Source: Desulfocapsa sulfexigens DSM 10523
Lineage (GTDB): Bacteria > Desulfobacterota > Desulfobulbia > Desulfobulbales > Desulfocapsaceae
DNA length: 32,000 bases
Assembly: GCF_000341395.1 (NCBI RefSeq)
Contig: NC_020304.1
Span: 2,400,001-2,432,000 of the forward strand
Direction: 5' to 3'
Within the stretch, counting starts at the first letter, position 1, and every line of letters begins with the position of its first letter. Shown here in pieces: positions 1-9,471 of this stretch. The translations under genes and the position numbers were made by a program. A model generated the notes under the pieces. It was given only the letters and a program-made list of their open reading frames with translations, made no database searches and was not told the origin of the DNA.

Positions 1-297
1 TTTTTCCCTGCGGCAGCTTTCATAAAAGAGTTGTTCAGCCTGATTCTTCTGTTTAGGAAAAAGCAGGGGGCTGTACAGTGCCTCACCAGCCCAGCTGTTT
101 TTTGCGAGATAGTGGTAGGTTTCGGTACCAATGGCAGCGGCGGCATTGAGGTAGGGATGGAAAAGGCTTGTTACAATGGAACCGTTTTCTCTGGTGTCGA
201 GCCAGGATTTGAGTGCGGCAAGCTGGATGGAGGGACGATTAAAAATCGACCAGGGCATAGAGACCAGTCCCAGCCGAAAGGGAGTTGCTTGTTCCAT
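1..297 (-). CDS. N-terminal part of a cobalamin-binding/radical SAM protein resembling the 'RiPP maturation radical SAM' family (truncated by window edge)
   Basis: Reverse strand reads open from ATG (295-297) to the window edge: MEQATPFRLGLVSMPWSIFNRPSIQLAALKSWLDTRENGSIVTSLFHPYLNAAAAIGTETYHYLAKNSWAGEALYSPLLFPKQKNQAEQLFYESCRREK. The 'LVSMPWS.FNRPSIQLA.LK..L', 'HPYL..A..IG' and 'W.GE.LYSPLLFP' motifs match my recollection of this family. The start overlaps the lolA-like stop (TAATG). Confidence 0.65.
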   Translation of the reverse strand, partial: MEQATPFRLGLVSMPWSIFNRPSIQLAALKSWLDTRENGSIVTSLFHPYLNAAAAIGTETYHYLAKNSWAGEALYSPLLFPKQKNQAEQLFYESCRREK

Positions 298-1004
298 TAT
301 TGATTGATGATCTCTGTACCTTCCGGTGGATTGAAATGAAAGAGTTGTTCCATAAGCTCGGTATTGTCTCTGTCAAGAGTATTGACCAGAAGATTACTGA
401 AATTAAGAACAGTCAGCGTGTCGAAATGATCCAGTATTTCTATACGTCGAATAAGGGAATCATCGGTCACCCAGAGATGAATTTCGGCGACCTGAGACTG
501 TTTTGCTTTGGGAATCAATTTGATGATAGTGGTCTGGTCTTCGGGACTCAGGGTCAGATCGGGGGGGAGGACAGTGAAATCCTCAAGCAGATCACCGGAT
601 CCTGTGAAAAAAGAATAGGTCAGATCCTGCTGCAGAGCAGAAGCCGGGCTGATGATCATCTGGGCCATGGAGGCAAAATACATTGAAAATGTGACACCGT
701 CGCTCACCAGCACCTGTTTTTCGGGAGTTGAATAGTTCCAGCGCATTTTACCATTATTCTCACCTGGAGCATTGCTTTTCAAAAAGAAGGCCTGGCCGCT
801 TCCCTTTTTGGGGCGTCCACTGAGCTGGCCTCTGGTGTCCTGATTGAAGTCAAAAGTAAATGAGTAGATAGTGTCGTAGCGCTTCTGCAGTCGTGAGGCG
901 ACTTCCTCAGGTGTTTCTGCCGCATTTACCAAAGAGGGCAGGAGCAGGGTGGTGAAAAAGAGAAAGGTAAAAAGAGAGAGTCTGGCTGCCTGGAAAGTTT
1001 TCAT
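297..1004 (-). CDS. lolA: LolA-like outer-membrane lipoprotein carrier protein
   Basis: 235 aa with signal peptide, 'MRWNYSTPEKQVLVSDGVTFSMYF' and 'LIPKAKQSQVAEIHLWVTDD' LolA-fold motifs. Confidence 0.8.
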   Translation of the reverse strand: MKTFQAARLSLFTFLFFTTLLLPSLVNAAETPEEVASRLQKRYDTIYSFTFDFNQDTRGQLSGRPKKGSGQAFFLKSNAPGENNGKMRWNYSTPEKQVLVSDGVTFSMYFASMAQMIISPASALQQDLTYSFFTGSGDLLEDFTVLPPDLTLSPEDQTTIIKLIPKAKQSQVAEIHLWVTDDSLIRRIEILDHFDTLTVLNFSNLLVNTLDRDNTELMEQLFHFNPPEGTEIINQ

Positions 1005-1777
1005 GCAATAATTAGCTCCATTGGACGGGAAAATATACGCTCGGCAACTGGTCGGGCTGTTTCTGTACTGTCAGAGACATAGTATCTGTGACTGGCATTT
1101 CCATTCTTCGATATGATATTCGGGTTACTGAGAAGGAATTCTTTTACATAGTGAGCGGTTTCAATGGAAGAGTCAATGAGTTTAACCCGTTTACCGATCC
1201 GTGGTTGAATCAGATTCTTTAGTAGAGGGTAGTGGGTACAGCCAAGTACCAGTGTGTCGATTTGTCTGTTTTTAAACGGGGCAAGATAGCGACGGAGAAT
1301 CATTTTTGTTTCCCGCTTATTCAGCCAGCCTTCTTCAACAAGTGGTACAAGAAGGGGACATATCTCCTGGAAGACTTTACAGTCTGGTTGCCTGGCAAGA
1401 ATTGTTTTTTGGTAGATGTCACTTCTGACTGTGGCCCTGGTGCCGATAACTCCGATTCTGCCGTTTTGACTTGATGAAATAGCACGGTTGGCCGCCGGAG
1501 TGATCACCTCAATGATAGGGACGCTAAATTTTTCCCGAAGGGTTTCCGTGGCCACTGAAGATGCTGAGTTACAGGCAATAATAATTAACTCCGCACCTTT
1601 ATCCAGCAGGAACTCGGTGTTATGGATGGAGTAGTCGATAATGGTTTTCGGGCTTTTGGGGCCGTAGGGGCTCCGTGCAATATCACCGTAATAGACGAGT
1701 GAATAGTCCGGGAGCAGCTGTTCAACGGCGTGAGCTACTGTCATGCCGCCGACACCTGAATCAAAAATACCTATCAT
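1001..1777 (-). CDS. murI: Glutamate racemase
   Basis: 258 aa; 'IGIFDSGVGGMTVAHAV', 'YYGDIARSPYGPKS', 'IIIACNSASS', 'LVLGCTHYPLL' signatures. Confidence 0.95.
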   Translation of the reverse strand: MIGIFDSGVGGMTVAHAVEQLLPDYSLVYYGDIARSPYGPKSPKTIIDYSIHNTEFLLDKGAELIIIACNSASSVATETLREKFSVPIIEVITPAANRAISSSQNGRIGVIGTRATVRSDIYQKTILARQPDCKVFQEICPLLVPLVEEGWLNKRETKMILRRYLAPFKNRQIDTLVLGCTHYPLLKNLIQPRIGKRVKLIDSSIETAHYVKEFLLSNPNIISKNGNASHRYYVSDSTETARPVAERIFSRPMELIIA

Positions 1778-2098
1778 TGATAATACTGTGGTTGTAAATT
1801 GATGGTTTTGCCGGATGCTGTTGTTTCCTCAGCAACGGTGGTTTCTTTTGCAGCTGCAATTGATTTTGTATAAAAAAACTCTCAGTTTGCATCGATAGTA
1901 AACCGGGAACTACAAAAGTCAAGTGAAGAGAAGGCAGGAGCTGCAGCCTACTTCATAATATCCCGATACTGCGAAACTCTTCCAGGAAATGATAGCGGGA
2001 GTTGACAGGCCGAAACCTGCGCATTACAGTACGCTGTACCTTGGGAACAGGGAATACAATATAAAAAAAACAAGACAAATAGTGAGACGGAGTCAGAA

Positions 2099-2371
2099 AT
2101 GCCAGTATATGAGTATGAGTGTCCAGCATGTGAAAAAGTTATTGAGGTTCAGCAGCGAATGTCCGACGATCCTTTATCTCAGTGTCCGGACTGTGGTGGG
2201 CCTGTGAAAAAAATCATGTCCATGAGTTCCTTTAAACTGAAAGGCGGCGGCTGGTACGCTGATGGCTACGCCTCTACACAGCCAGCAGGAAAGAGTACAT
2301 CCACCAGTAGTACGGCGGCCCCTCCCTGTAAGTCGAGCGGCAGTTGTCCCTGCGCTGCAGCAAATTCCTGA
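2099..2371 (+). CDS. FmdB family zinc-ribbon protein
   Basis: 90 aa 'MPVYEYECPACEKVIEVQQRMSDDPLSQCPDCGGPVKKIMS' with two CxxC pairs. Confidence 0.9.
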   Translation: MPVYEYECPACEKVIEVQQRMSDDPLSQCPDCGGPVKKIMSMSSFKLKGGGWYADGYASTQPAGKSTSTSSTAAPPCKSSGSCPCAAANS

Positions 2372-2387
2372 TCACTCTTCTCTGGTT

Positions 2388-3515
2388 TCAGTCGTGGATG
2401 GCCATTGCATCACCGTATGAATAAAACCGATAGCCCTTTTTGATGGCTTCCCGGTAGCTGTCCATCAGGTGTTCACGGCCACAGAGTGCTGAAACCAGAA
2501 ACAGCAACGATGATTCCGGCAGGTGAAAGTTGGTTATAAGATTGTCCACAACCTTGAACCTGTACCCAGGCATTATATAGAGTCCGCACCAGTCTTCTCC
2601 TGCCTGTACCCTGCCGTCAGGATCGGTCATGAACTCCAGGGTTCGCACCGTGGTCGTACCCACTGCCCATATCTTTCCTCCTGCCTTTCGCACTGCGTTA
2701 ATTTTGTCAGCACTTGCCTGTGACACCGAAACATATTCCTGATGTATCCTGTGCTTCCTGATATCCTCACAGCGAACTGGAGCGAAAGTACCATGCCCCA
2801 CATGGAGAGTGATCTCTGTAAACTCCACACCTTTGTTACGAATAGCCTCTAACAGATTCTCTGAAAAGTGAAGTCCTGCTGTCGGCGCAGCGACTGCTCC
2901 TGGGTTTTGAGCATAAACCGTCTGGTAGCGCTTCCTGTCTTCGTCGGTACTGCCCTCTTTCCTGCTGATATAGGGCGGGAGTGGAACCTGTCCGTACTTC
3001 TCAAGGATTGTGGAGAGCTCTTTATCGCTGGAATAGGAGAGCTCAACAGTGACCTTCCCGCCATCAAGCAGTTCCAGCACCCTGGCCTCAAGGTCCGGTC
3101 CCAGCAGGAGCAGAGAGCCGGGTTTCGGCCGTTTGGAACTTTTAATAAGCGTTGTCACTTCGGCATGTTTTTTTCCATTATGACCCTCGGATACAACGGG
3201 GTAAGAAAGGAGAAAAACTTCTACCTTGCCACCACTCTTCTTGTGTCCATGGAGCCGTGCTGGAAAGACTTTTGTGTTATTTACTACAAGCAGGTCGCCG
3301 GGATTCAGCAGGTCGATGATTTGATGGAATTTTCCATGTTCCTGTTTACCTGTGTGGCGATTGAGGATGAGAAGGCGCGAATCTTCCCTGGCATCTGCCG
3401 GGTGTTGGGCAATGTTTTCAGGTGGAAGTGTATAGTTGTAGGCCTGGAGGGTGAATTCCTGTTGCATGCGTAATTCGCTAAGTGTAGATTGAAAAAAATC
3501 GGTTGGATGTACCAA
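2388..3515 (-). CDS. queA: S-adenosylmethionine:tRNA ribosyltransferase-isomerase
   Basis: 'YNYTLPPENIAQHPADAREDSRLLIL', 'PGDLLVVNNTKVFPARL', 'PTAGLHFSENLL', 'ITLHVGHGTFAPV', 'GTTTVRTLE', 'NFHLPESSLLFLVSAL'. True start may be at internal MQQEF. Confidence 0.96.
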   Translation of the reverse strand: MVHPTDFFQSTLSELRMQQEFTLQAYNYTLPPENIAQHPADAREDSRLLILNRHTGKQEHGKFHQIIDLLNPGDLLVVNNTKVFPARLHGHKKSGGKVEVFLLSYPVVSEGHNGKKHAEVTTLIKSSKRPKPGSLLLLGPDLEARVLELLDGGKVTVELSYSSDKELSTILEKYGQVPLPPYISRKEGSTDEDRKRYQTVYAQNPGAVAAPTAGLHFSENLLEAIRNKGVEFTEITLHVGHGTFAPVRCEDIRKHRIHQEYVSVSQASADKINAVRKAGGKIWAVGTTTVRTLEFMTDPDGRVQAGEDWCGLYIMPGYRFKVVDNLITNFHLPESSLLFLVSALCGREHLMDSYREAIKKGYRFYSYGDAMAIHD

Positions 3516-3544
3516 CTGGTATTCTGGAAAAAGGTTTACCTACC

Positions 3545-4219
3545 ATGTTCCTTGTCGTTTGCGCAACAGAATTTGAGCTCCAATCACTGCTGGATTACAG
3601 TGTTTGTAAGGCTGACGAATGGATGAGCCTGGTCACTGGAGTCGGTATGGTGGAAACAGCATTCAATCTGACCCGGTTCCTTGAAAGAGAAAAGAGCAAG
3701 GGGGAGAATGGAATTCATGCTGTCCTGAATCTCGGAGTCGCTGGTGCCTATCTGGCTGATGGAGAAAAACAGGCAGACCTTCTGCAGATCTGTTTTGCTG
3801 AGAAAGAATTTTTTGGAGATATGGGAATCTGTTATCCAGACCGTATGGAACCCCTTGCTGAGGACTTGCTGCATAGATTTCAGTATGTTTTGGACTCCGA
3901 TCTCCTCAATCGGGCCGAGTCTCTGCTGGAAGAAAACGGTCTTCAGGTTCGGCGCGGAAATTTTGTTACCGTGTGTGGAGTGAGCGCGACCGCCGGTCGT
4001 GGCGCAATGCTCAGGCAAAGGTATGATGCTCTCTGTGAAAACATGGAAGGCGCAGCCGTTGCCAGGATCTGCGAGGAATATATGCTGCCTCTACTTGAAA
4101 TGCGTGCAGTTTCCAACTATGTCGAAGATCGTGATCTAACGCGTTGGAAATTAAAGGAGGCCTGTGATCAGGCAGGAAAGGCGGCCGCCATGCTTCTTAA
4201 AGGTTTGAAAAACGAATGA
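3545..4219 (+). CDS. mqnB: Futalosine hydrolase (menaquinone biosynthesis)
   Basis: ORF 3503-4219; likely start MFLVVCATEFEL at 3545. Purine-nucleosidase-like 'VTGVGMVETAFNLTRFL', 'NLGVAGAY' motifs; adjacent to mqnD. Confidence 0.85.
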   Translation: MFLVVCATEFELQSLLDYSVCKADEWMSLVTGVGMVETAFNLTRFLEREKSKGENGIHAVLNLGVAGAYLADGEKQADLLQICFAEKEFFGDMGICYPDRMEPLAEDLLHRFQYVLDSDLLNRAESLLEENGLQVRRGNFVTVCGVSATAGRGAMLRQRYDALCENMEGAAVARICEEYMLPLLEMRAVSNYVEDRDLTRWKLKEACDQAGKAAAMLLKGLKNE

Positions 4220-5058
4220 CAACTCCAGTAACTCTTGGTTATTCACCCTGTCCAAACGATACCTATATCTTTTATGCACTGACCCATGGTCTGATTCCAC
4301 TGCCTGATGTGCAGTTGGCAGCACCACTGCTTGAAGATGTGGAAACCCTGAACTCCTGGGCGGTGGAGAAAAAACTCGACATCACCAAGCTTTCCTTTCA
4401 TGCCCTTGGTCATGTACTGGATGAATATTGTGTGCTTTCCGCAGGCGCTGCTCTTGGTCGTGGCTGTGGCCCGCTTCTTGTAGCAAAGCCCGGATTTGAC
4501 CCTGCAGTTCTTGATGATGCACGTATTGCTATCCCGGGCAGCCTGACCACCGCCGCTCTTCTTTTTCGTATGTATTCCCCTAAAGCCACAAATTTGGTGG
4601 TAATGCGTTTTGATGAAATCATGGGGGCGGTAGCAAGTGGAGAGGTGGATGCGGGGGTAATTATTCATGAAAGCCGTTTCACCTATGCAGAACATGGACT
4701 GACTTGTCTGCAGGACCTTGGCACCTGGTGGGAGCAGACCTCGGGGCATCCCATACCATTGGGCTGCATTGCTGCCAGACGTTCCCTTGGAAAAGAGCGG
4801 ATAGAACAGATAGACAGGGCGATCCATGAGTCCATTGTCTGGGCCGATGAACACCCCGGAGAGTGTCTTCCCTATATTCAGCAATATGCTCAGGAGATGG
4901 ATCAACAGGTGATGCAAAATCATATAGATCTGTATGTGAATCAATTTTCCAAGAATCTTGGACCAGAAGGGATGGCAGCGATTGAGAGTTTTCTTCTTCT
5001 TGGCCGAAAGGCGGGTATTCTTCCCATCCTGCCAGATACAGTCACCCTGCAGATATGA
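4216..5058 (+). CDS. mqnD: 1,4-dihydroxy-6-naphthoate synthase (futalosine menaquinone pathway)
   Basis: 280 aa 'LGYSPCPNDTYIFYALTHG', 'DITKLSFHALGHVLDEYCVLSAGAALGRGCGPLLVA', 'HESRFTY', 'IPLGCIAARR'. Confidence 0.92.
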   Translation: MTTPVTLGYSPCPNDTYIFYALTHGLIPLPDVQLAAPLLEDVETLNSWAVEKKLDITKLSFHALGHVLDEYCVLSAGAALGRGCGPLLVAKPGFDPAVLDDARIAIPGSLTTAALLFRMYSPKATNLVVMRFDEIMGAVASGEVDAGVIIHESRFTYAEHGLTCLQDLGTWWEQTSGHPIPLGCIAARRSLGKERIEQIDRAIHESIVWADEHPGECLPYIQQYAQEMDQQVMQNHIDLYVNQFSKNLGPEGMAAIESFLLLGRKAGILPILPDTVTLQI

Positions 5059-5657
5059 GAGAATTAACAGGAATACAGCAGGAAGCACCCATTCGTGCCT
5101 GTCTGCTTATCGGTGGTCGCAGTTCCCGCATGGGTCGCCCCAAACACCTGATTACTGGGGTCAACGGCAGAACATGGGTTGAGAATACCGTGGATCTGCT
5201 GCAGCCCTTTACCAGCAAGATCGTTCTTTCAGGACGGGGGGAGGTGCCGGAAAGTCTTGCCGCACTTACACGTATTCCTGATGTCCCCGGAGTACAGGGC
5301 CCACTCACAGGAATCCTTGCAGCCATGCGCTGGCGACCAGATTCCTGCTGGTTGCTACTGGCCTGCGATATGCCTAATATTACCACGGAATCTCTGGAGT
5401 GGCTGATTGCCAGCAGAAGCCCCGACTCCTTCGGAACGGTTCCCCGTCTTCAGGAAAATGGTTTTGTCGAACCTCTTCTTGCCCTCTATGAACCGCAGGC
5501 CAAAGACTATTTTGAAGAACTCTGCTCCTCCGGTGTCTTACGGATTTCCATGGTGGCCAGACGTGCGAAGATAGCAACTCCAGTTATTCCACCGTCACTT
5601 TGTGGTGCCTGGAGCAATATTAATACCCCGGATGAATTGTCCCAGTCGCTTTTGTAA
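5055..5657 (+). CDS. mobA: MobA-like molybdenum cofactor guanylyltransferase
   Basis: 'ACLLIGGRSSRMGRPKHLI', 'GPLTGILAAMRWRPDSCWLLLACDMPNI'; start overlaps mqnD stop. Confidence 0.85.
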   Translation: MRELTGIQQEAPIRACLLIGGRSSRMGRPKHLITGVNGRTWVENTVDLLQPFTSKIVLSGRGEVPESLAALTRIPDVPGVQGPLTGILAAMRWRPDSCWLLLACDMPNITTESLEWLIASRSPDSFGTVPRLQENGFVEPLLALYEPQAKDYFEELCSSGVLRISMVARRAKIATPVIPPSLCGAWSNINTPDELSQSLL

Positions 5658-5715
5658 AAAAAGCGAACCGGAGTTAGTCCCAAACCACCACACATATTTG
5701 TTACCATCATATTCA

Positions 5716-6771
5716 ATGCAACAACAAGATAGAATACAGAATATTCAGGCGCTCCGTGGTGTCGCTGTCCTTTTTGTCGTGTTTTTACACCTTTTCAGTG
5801 TTGAGCGGAAATATGGCGGTTTGGAGACGATCCTTCCAGATATTCTGCAATTTGGAATATTCGGGGTGGATATGTTTTTTGTGATCAGTGGCTTTGTAAT
5901 GGTCACCGTAACAAGAGGAAAATTTCGCAATTTCAGGCATGCAGTAACCTTTATCTATCGCCGTCTTTCAAGGATTTATCCATTGTACTGGGTGTACACT
6001 TTACTGGTTTTGGTTGTTTTTCTCATCCAGCCGTCCTGGGTTAACAGCAAACAGGGAAACCATATCTCTATTCTTGAGTCTTTTTTGTTGATCCCGTCGC
6101 ATTATTTGCCACTGGTTATGGTTGGATGGACTCTTATCCATGAAATCTATTTTTACACTGTCTTTTCATTGGCACTGCTCTTTTCCTCCGAAAAAAGACT
6201 GCCATTTGTGCTTGTGGGCTGGGGCGGAATTGTTGTTTTGGGGAGTGTCCTGTTTACTGTTACGCTCCCAACTCTCAGGATACTTTTTCATCCTCTGACT
6301 CTCGAGTTTATTGGGGGCTGTTTTCTGGCAATCCTGTACCAAAAAAGGAACTTCACTGTAAAACCTGCTATCCTCGTTGTTCTCGCTTTAGCTGCTCTCG
6401 TGGCCTCGGTCTCCGGATACTATCTCTTTACTGTTGTTACAGGAAGGATCGAACCGCTCTATTGGTGGAGGGTATTCATTTTTGGTATCCCTGCTCTGGC
6501 AATTGTATTCTGTCTGATCAATGCAGAGAGGAATGGCTATCTCATGAACCGCTATCTGATCAGGGTTGGAGATGCCTCATATTCCATATACCTGTCGCAT
6601 ATATTGAGCTTAAGCCTCGTCGGGAGGATTTGGGGGACTTTTTCTGTCAATGGTCTTGCTGATAATATGGTAGTCCTTCCACTTGCACTGGTATTTGTCA
6701 TTATTGTTGGCATGGCCAGCTACTCGTTAGTTGAAAAACCACTCCTGAGAATAAGCCGAAAACTGATTTAG
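5716..6771 (+). CDS. Acyltransferase 3 (OafA/YrhL-like) family membrane protein
   Basis: From M39 of the 5602-6771 ORF: 'MQQQDRIQNIQALRGVAVLFVVFLHLFS...FGVDMFFVISGFVMV', 'FIYRRLSRIYPLYWVYTLL', 'YSIYLSHIL', C-terminal 'SLVEKPLLR'. Confidence 0.9.
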   Translation: MQQQDRIQNIQALRGVAVLFVVFLHLFSVERKYGGLETILPDILQFGIFGVDMFFVISGFVMVTVTRGKFRNFRHAVTFIYRRLSRIYPLYWVYTLLVLVVFLIQPSWVNSKQGNHISILESFLLIPSHYLPLVMVGWTLIHEIYFYTVFSLALLFSSEKRLPFVLVGWGGIVVLGSVLFTVTLPTLRILFHPLTLEFIGGCFLAILYQKRNFTVKPAILVVLALAALVASVSGYYLFTVVTGRIEPLYWWRVFIFGIPALAIVFCLINAERNGYLMNRYLIRVGDASYSIYLSHILSLSLVGRIWGTFSVNGLADNMVVLPLALVFVIIVGMASYSLVEKPLLRISRKLI

Positions 6772-6929
6772 GTCCTAAAAGGGGCAGTACAGTGCTGTAA
6801 CATCTTCAAATCAACAAAAACTGTGGATTCAGATGATACAAGATCACTCTTATACGAGACTTGATAAAGCAAAACAGGACATATGAATATTTACAGCAAG
6901 CATATTTTACTTTTGGCATTCGTACTCAC

Positions 6930-6958
6930 TGAACCTCGCCGCTCAACACTACGTTAGC
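6930..6958 (+). other. attC-like 3' half-site (partial)
   Basis: CTCGCCGCTCAACACTACGTTAG about 38 nt upstream of the YbhB start; no clear 5' partner. Its reverse complement (CTAACGTAGTGTTGAGCGGCGAG) resembles the 5' half-like sequence just after the same gene (TAACACGTGTAAGTGGATTTGCGG, 7551-7574). Confidence 0.35.
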
Positions 6959-6995
6959 GATAGAAGAAACCATTAACTTTCAATAAGGAGACATT

Positions 6996-7550
6996 ATGTT
7001 CAAGTATTTTTTTGTGACAATCTTTACCTTGATATTGGCAGTATCAGTTACTCATGCTCAAGAATTTTCTTTAAAAAGCAATGCCATTGAGCCAAATTCC
7101 TTTTTATCTGAAAGCCAACTATTTAATGGATTTGGTTGTACAGGGAAAAACATCTCTCCTGATCTGAGCTGGACCTCCGGACCAAATGGCACTAAGAGTT
7201 ATGCTATAACTGTCTATGATCCAGATGCTCCTACTGGTTCGGGGTGGTGGCACTGGGTTGTGTACAACATACCTAGTACTACCACTGAATTGGTAACAGG
7301 TGCAGGGAGTGAAAGCGGAGAAAAGCTACCAAAAGGAGCTGTTCAAGGGCGTACGGATTTTGGGATTAATGGTTTTGGCGGTGCTTGCCCACCAGAAGGA
7401 GACAAGGCCCATCGCTATATTTTTACAATATATGCACTTAAAATAGAAAAAATTGAACTTCCCAAAGATGCAAGTTCGGCATTAATTGGTTTTATGATTA
7501 ATGCTAATTCACTTGGTAAAGCAAGCTTTGTTGCCAAATATGGCCGCTAA
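6996..7550 (+). CDS. YbhB/YbcL (PEBP, Raf kinase inhibitor-like) family secreted protein
   Basis: 184 aa with signal peptide; 'FNGFGCTGKNISPDLSW', 'SYAITVYDPDAPTGSGWWHWVVYNIP', 'GACPPEGDKAHRYIFTIYAL'. RBS aaggag upstream. Confidence 0.93.
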   Translation: MFKYFFVTIFTLILAVSVTHAQEFSLKSNAIEPNSFLSESQLFNGFGCTGKNISPDLSWTSGPNGTKSYAITVYDPDAPTGSGWWHWVVYNIPSTTTELVTGAGSESGEKLPKGAVQGRTDFGINGFGGACPPEGDKAHRYIFTIYALKIEKIELPKDASSALIGFMINANSLGKASFVAKYGR

Positions 7551-7662
7551 TAACACGTGTAAGTGGATTTGCGGTTTAATGAAGTATGTTGTTTCTTTGC
7601 CCGTTTTATCCAGTGAGCCTTCTCGAAAGGTCGATTTCCATCGATCTTTTCTCCCTTCCCTT

Positions 7663-7695
7663 TAGCCCCCCTGATCTTTTTCAGAGGGGCTTTTT
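7663..7695 (+). terminator. Rho-independent terminator-like hairpin
   Basis: AGCCCCCCTGA-tctttt-TCAGAGGGGCT followed by a T-run. Confidence 0.6.
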
Positions 7696-7984
7696 GCTTT
7701 TGCTTGACCCCTTTTGCTGTCAAAATGCAGGATTCACAACCCGAATCGGCTATTAAATCGTGTCTAACGGGGAATATGGTTTTGAAACCAGTTTGTGATA
7801 GAGAACTCTGCAGGTACAATCTAATAATTTCGGTATCCCTGCCGGATAAGTTCGTAAAACTCAATAAAATCAGACATAAAGAGACTATGAAATGGTTGCT
7901 TTTTAACACAAATCACTCTATCTATGATAGATGATTGAATTTCGAATGGATATAAAAGATGTGCAAACAAAAGAATTGAATAAT

Positions 7985-8066
7985 GAAAGGGGTCAAGTCT
8001 CCCTTTGACCTTTGTAGTGGTTGTGTGATATAGCAAAAACATGTCAATACTACTACGTATGGAATA
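7985..8066 (+). repeat. Direct repeat copy 1 (GGGGTCAAGTCTCCCTTTGACC family)
   Basis: gaaaggggtcaagtctccctttgacctttgtagtggttgtgtgatatagcaaaaacatgtca... closely matches 9472-9556. Confidence 0.85.
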
Positions 8067-8265
8067 TCATGGCGCTTGGTATCATGTTCACTTAGAAACG
8101 GGGTAGGATAAAGCTGGCGGATGACAACATAATGATACGACAAGTTGAATTTACAAAATAATCACATTTTTTATTCTTGGTAACGAAAGGGGGCAAATCT
8201 GCTTTTTGGCTTTTGCTTGGCCTCTAAGGTCAAAAGGAGACTTTGTTTATTGTTAAAGGACCAGT

Positions 8266-9378
8266 GTGTCGCAAGGGGGAGACATCGACAAGATGAATTT
8301 GCAGAGTAGTAATTATTCGTACATGCCCCAGCTTGACAGTATTAAAGGTTTGGCAGTTGGAATGATGATTTTTTATCATTGGCTACCAGAACAGTATCGC
8401 TTTCTGGTTTTTGCCGATTTTGGTTTACAGTTTTTCTTTATTATAAGTGGATTTTTCGTTACTCGGACTCTAGTGCATACCCGCTGTGATTCTTCCTTGT
8501 TCAGTGAAAAAATCAGGATTTTGGCTACATTTTATGCGCATCGTTTTCTACGTATTTGTCCACTTTATTATATCCTCATCCTCTTAACATATGTGGTTGG
8601 CATTGCCTCTGTACGCGATTCCTGGCCGTGGCACATAACGTATCTTTCGAACTATTATTTTTTTTTCATCCAGAGTTGGCACGATGAGACATCTCATTTC
8701 TGGTTCTTAGCAGTGCTTATGCAGTTTTATATGTTGTGGCCTGGGATTATTCTTTTTCTTCCAAGAAATTGGCATAAACAAGTATTCTTTGGTTGTATTT
8801 GTCTGACGGTTCTGTTTCGATTTACCATTCCATTGTGTTGGCCCGAGATCAAAATGCTTTCAGTTCTTCCTTGTATGTATCTGGATGCTTTTGGGATTGG
8901 TTCTTTACTCGGATATTTAACAGCTGAAAAATGTGATTTGACTTTGTTTTATAAGATATGCTTGTGGGGGGGAGTTTTGTATGTGGCTTTTCAAGTGGCT
9001 AAATGGCTCGGATTTTCATCTCCTGTGACTATTGTTGCTCAGCGTGAATGTATGTTGTTGGGAATAGGCTGGTTGCTTTTCCATGCCTCTCAGGGCTATG
9101 GTGGAATCGCTGGTATGATTTTAGGAAACAGGGTTTTAAGGTATTTGGGAAAGATTAGTTTAGGATTGTTTCTGATCCATAATTTTTCGGGTATTTTGAT
9201 TTCACTACTAAAACCGGTAATAGACATACCGACGAATAGGTTCAGTGTTACTATTCTCCTATTGAGAATCCTCTTCACTGTCGCTCTGGCAATGGTTTCG
9301 TATCGTTTTCTTGAAAAGCCAATAGCTCAGTTTAAACGGTATGTACCATATCCTGAAATGAGCAAAGGAAACAATTAA
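8266..9378 (+). CDS. Second acyltransferase 3 family membrane protein
   Basis: 370 aa 'PQLDSIKGLAVGMMIFYHWLP...FGLQFFFIISGFFVTRTL', 'RFLRICPLYYILIL', 'LFLIHNFSGI', 'FLEKPIAQFKRY'. Alternative start MNLQ at 8293. Confidence 0.88.
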   Translation: MSQGGDIDKMNLQSSNYSYMPQLDSIKGLAVGMMIFYHWLPEQYRFLVFADFGLQFFFIISGFFVTRTLVHTRCDSSLFSEKIRILATFYAHRFLRICPLYYILILLTYVVGIASVRDSWPWHITYLSNYYFFFIQSWHDETSHFWFLAVLMQFYMLWPGIILFLPRNWHKQVFFGCICLTVLFRFTIPLCWPEIKMLSVLPCMYLDAFGIGSLLGYLTAEKCDLTLFYKICLWGGVLYVAFQVAKWLGFSSPVTIVAQRECMLLGIGWLLFHASQGYGGIAGMILGNRVLRYLGKISLGLFLIHNFSGILISLLKPVIDIPTNRFSVTILLLRILFTVALAMVSYRFLEKPIAQFKRYVPYPEMSKGNN

Positions 9379-9471
9379 AAACTGCTTTTTTCCACCCGGG
9401 GACCTCTGTTAACCGAAGCAAAACTGGAACAGGCCATCATCTCCCTACATGACCAATCGCAATGGAAGGGT

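Noticed and set aside
2627-3473. Overlapping antisense ORFs across queA (including 201 aa 2868-3473 +)
   Set aside because: Fully antisense to a strongly supported queA gene, with no family motifs.
4243-5088. 281-aa minus-strand ORF
   Set aside because: Antisense of mqnD, which carries clear family motifs.
7547-7909. 120-aa minus-strand ORF opposite the post-YbhB region
   Set aside because: Contains the translated terminator and repeat sequence, low-complexity Lys-rich stretch, no family signal.
7821-8143. Minus-strand ORFs encoding 'MFLLYHTTTTKVKGRLDPFH'
   Set aside because: Translation of the GGGGTCAAG repeat; the same peptide appears from 9437-9673, so these are repeat artefacts rather than a peptide family.
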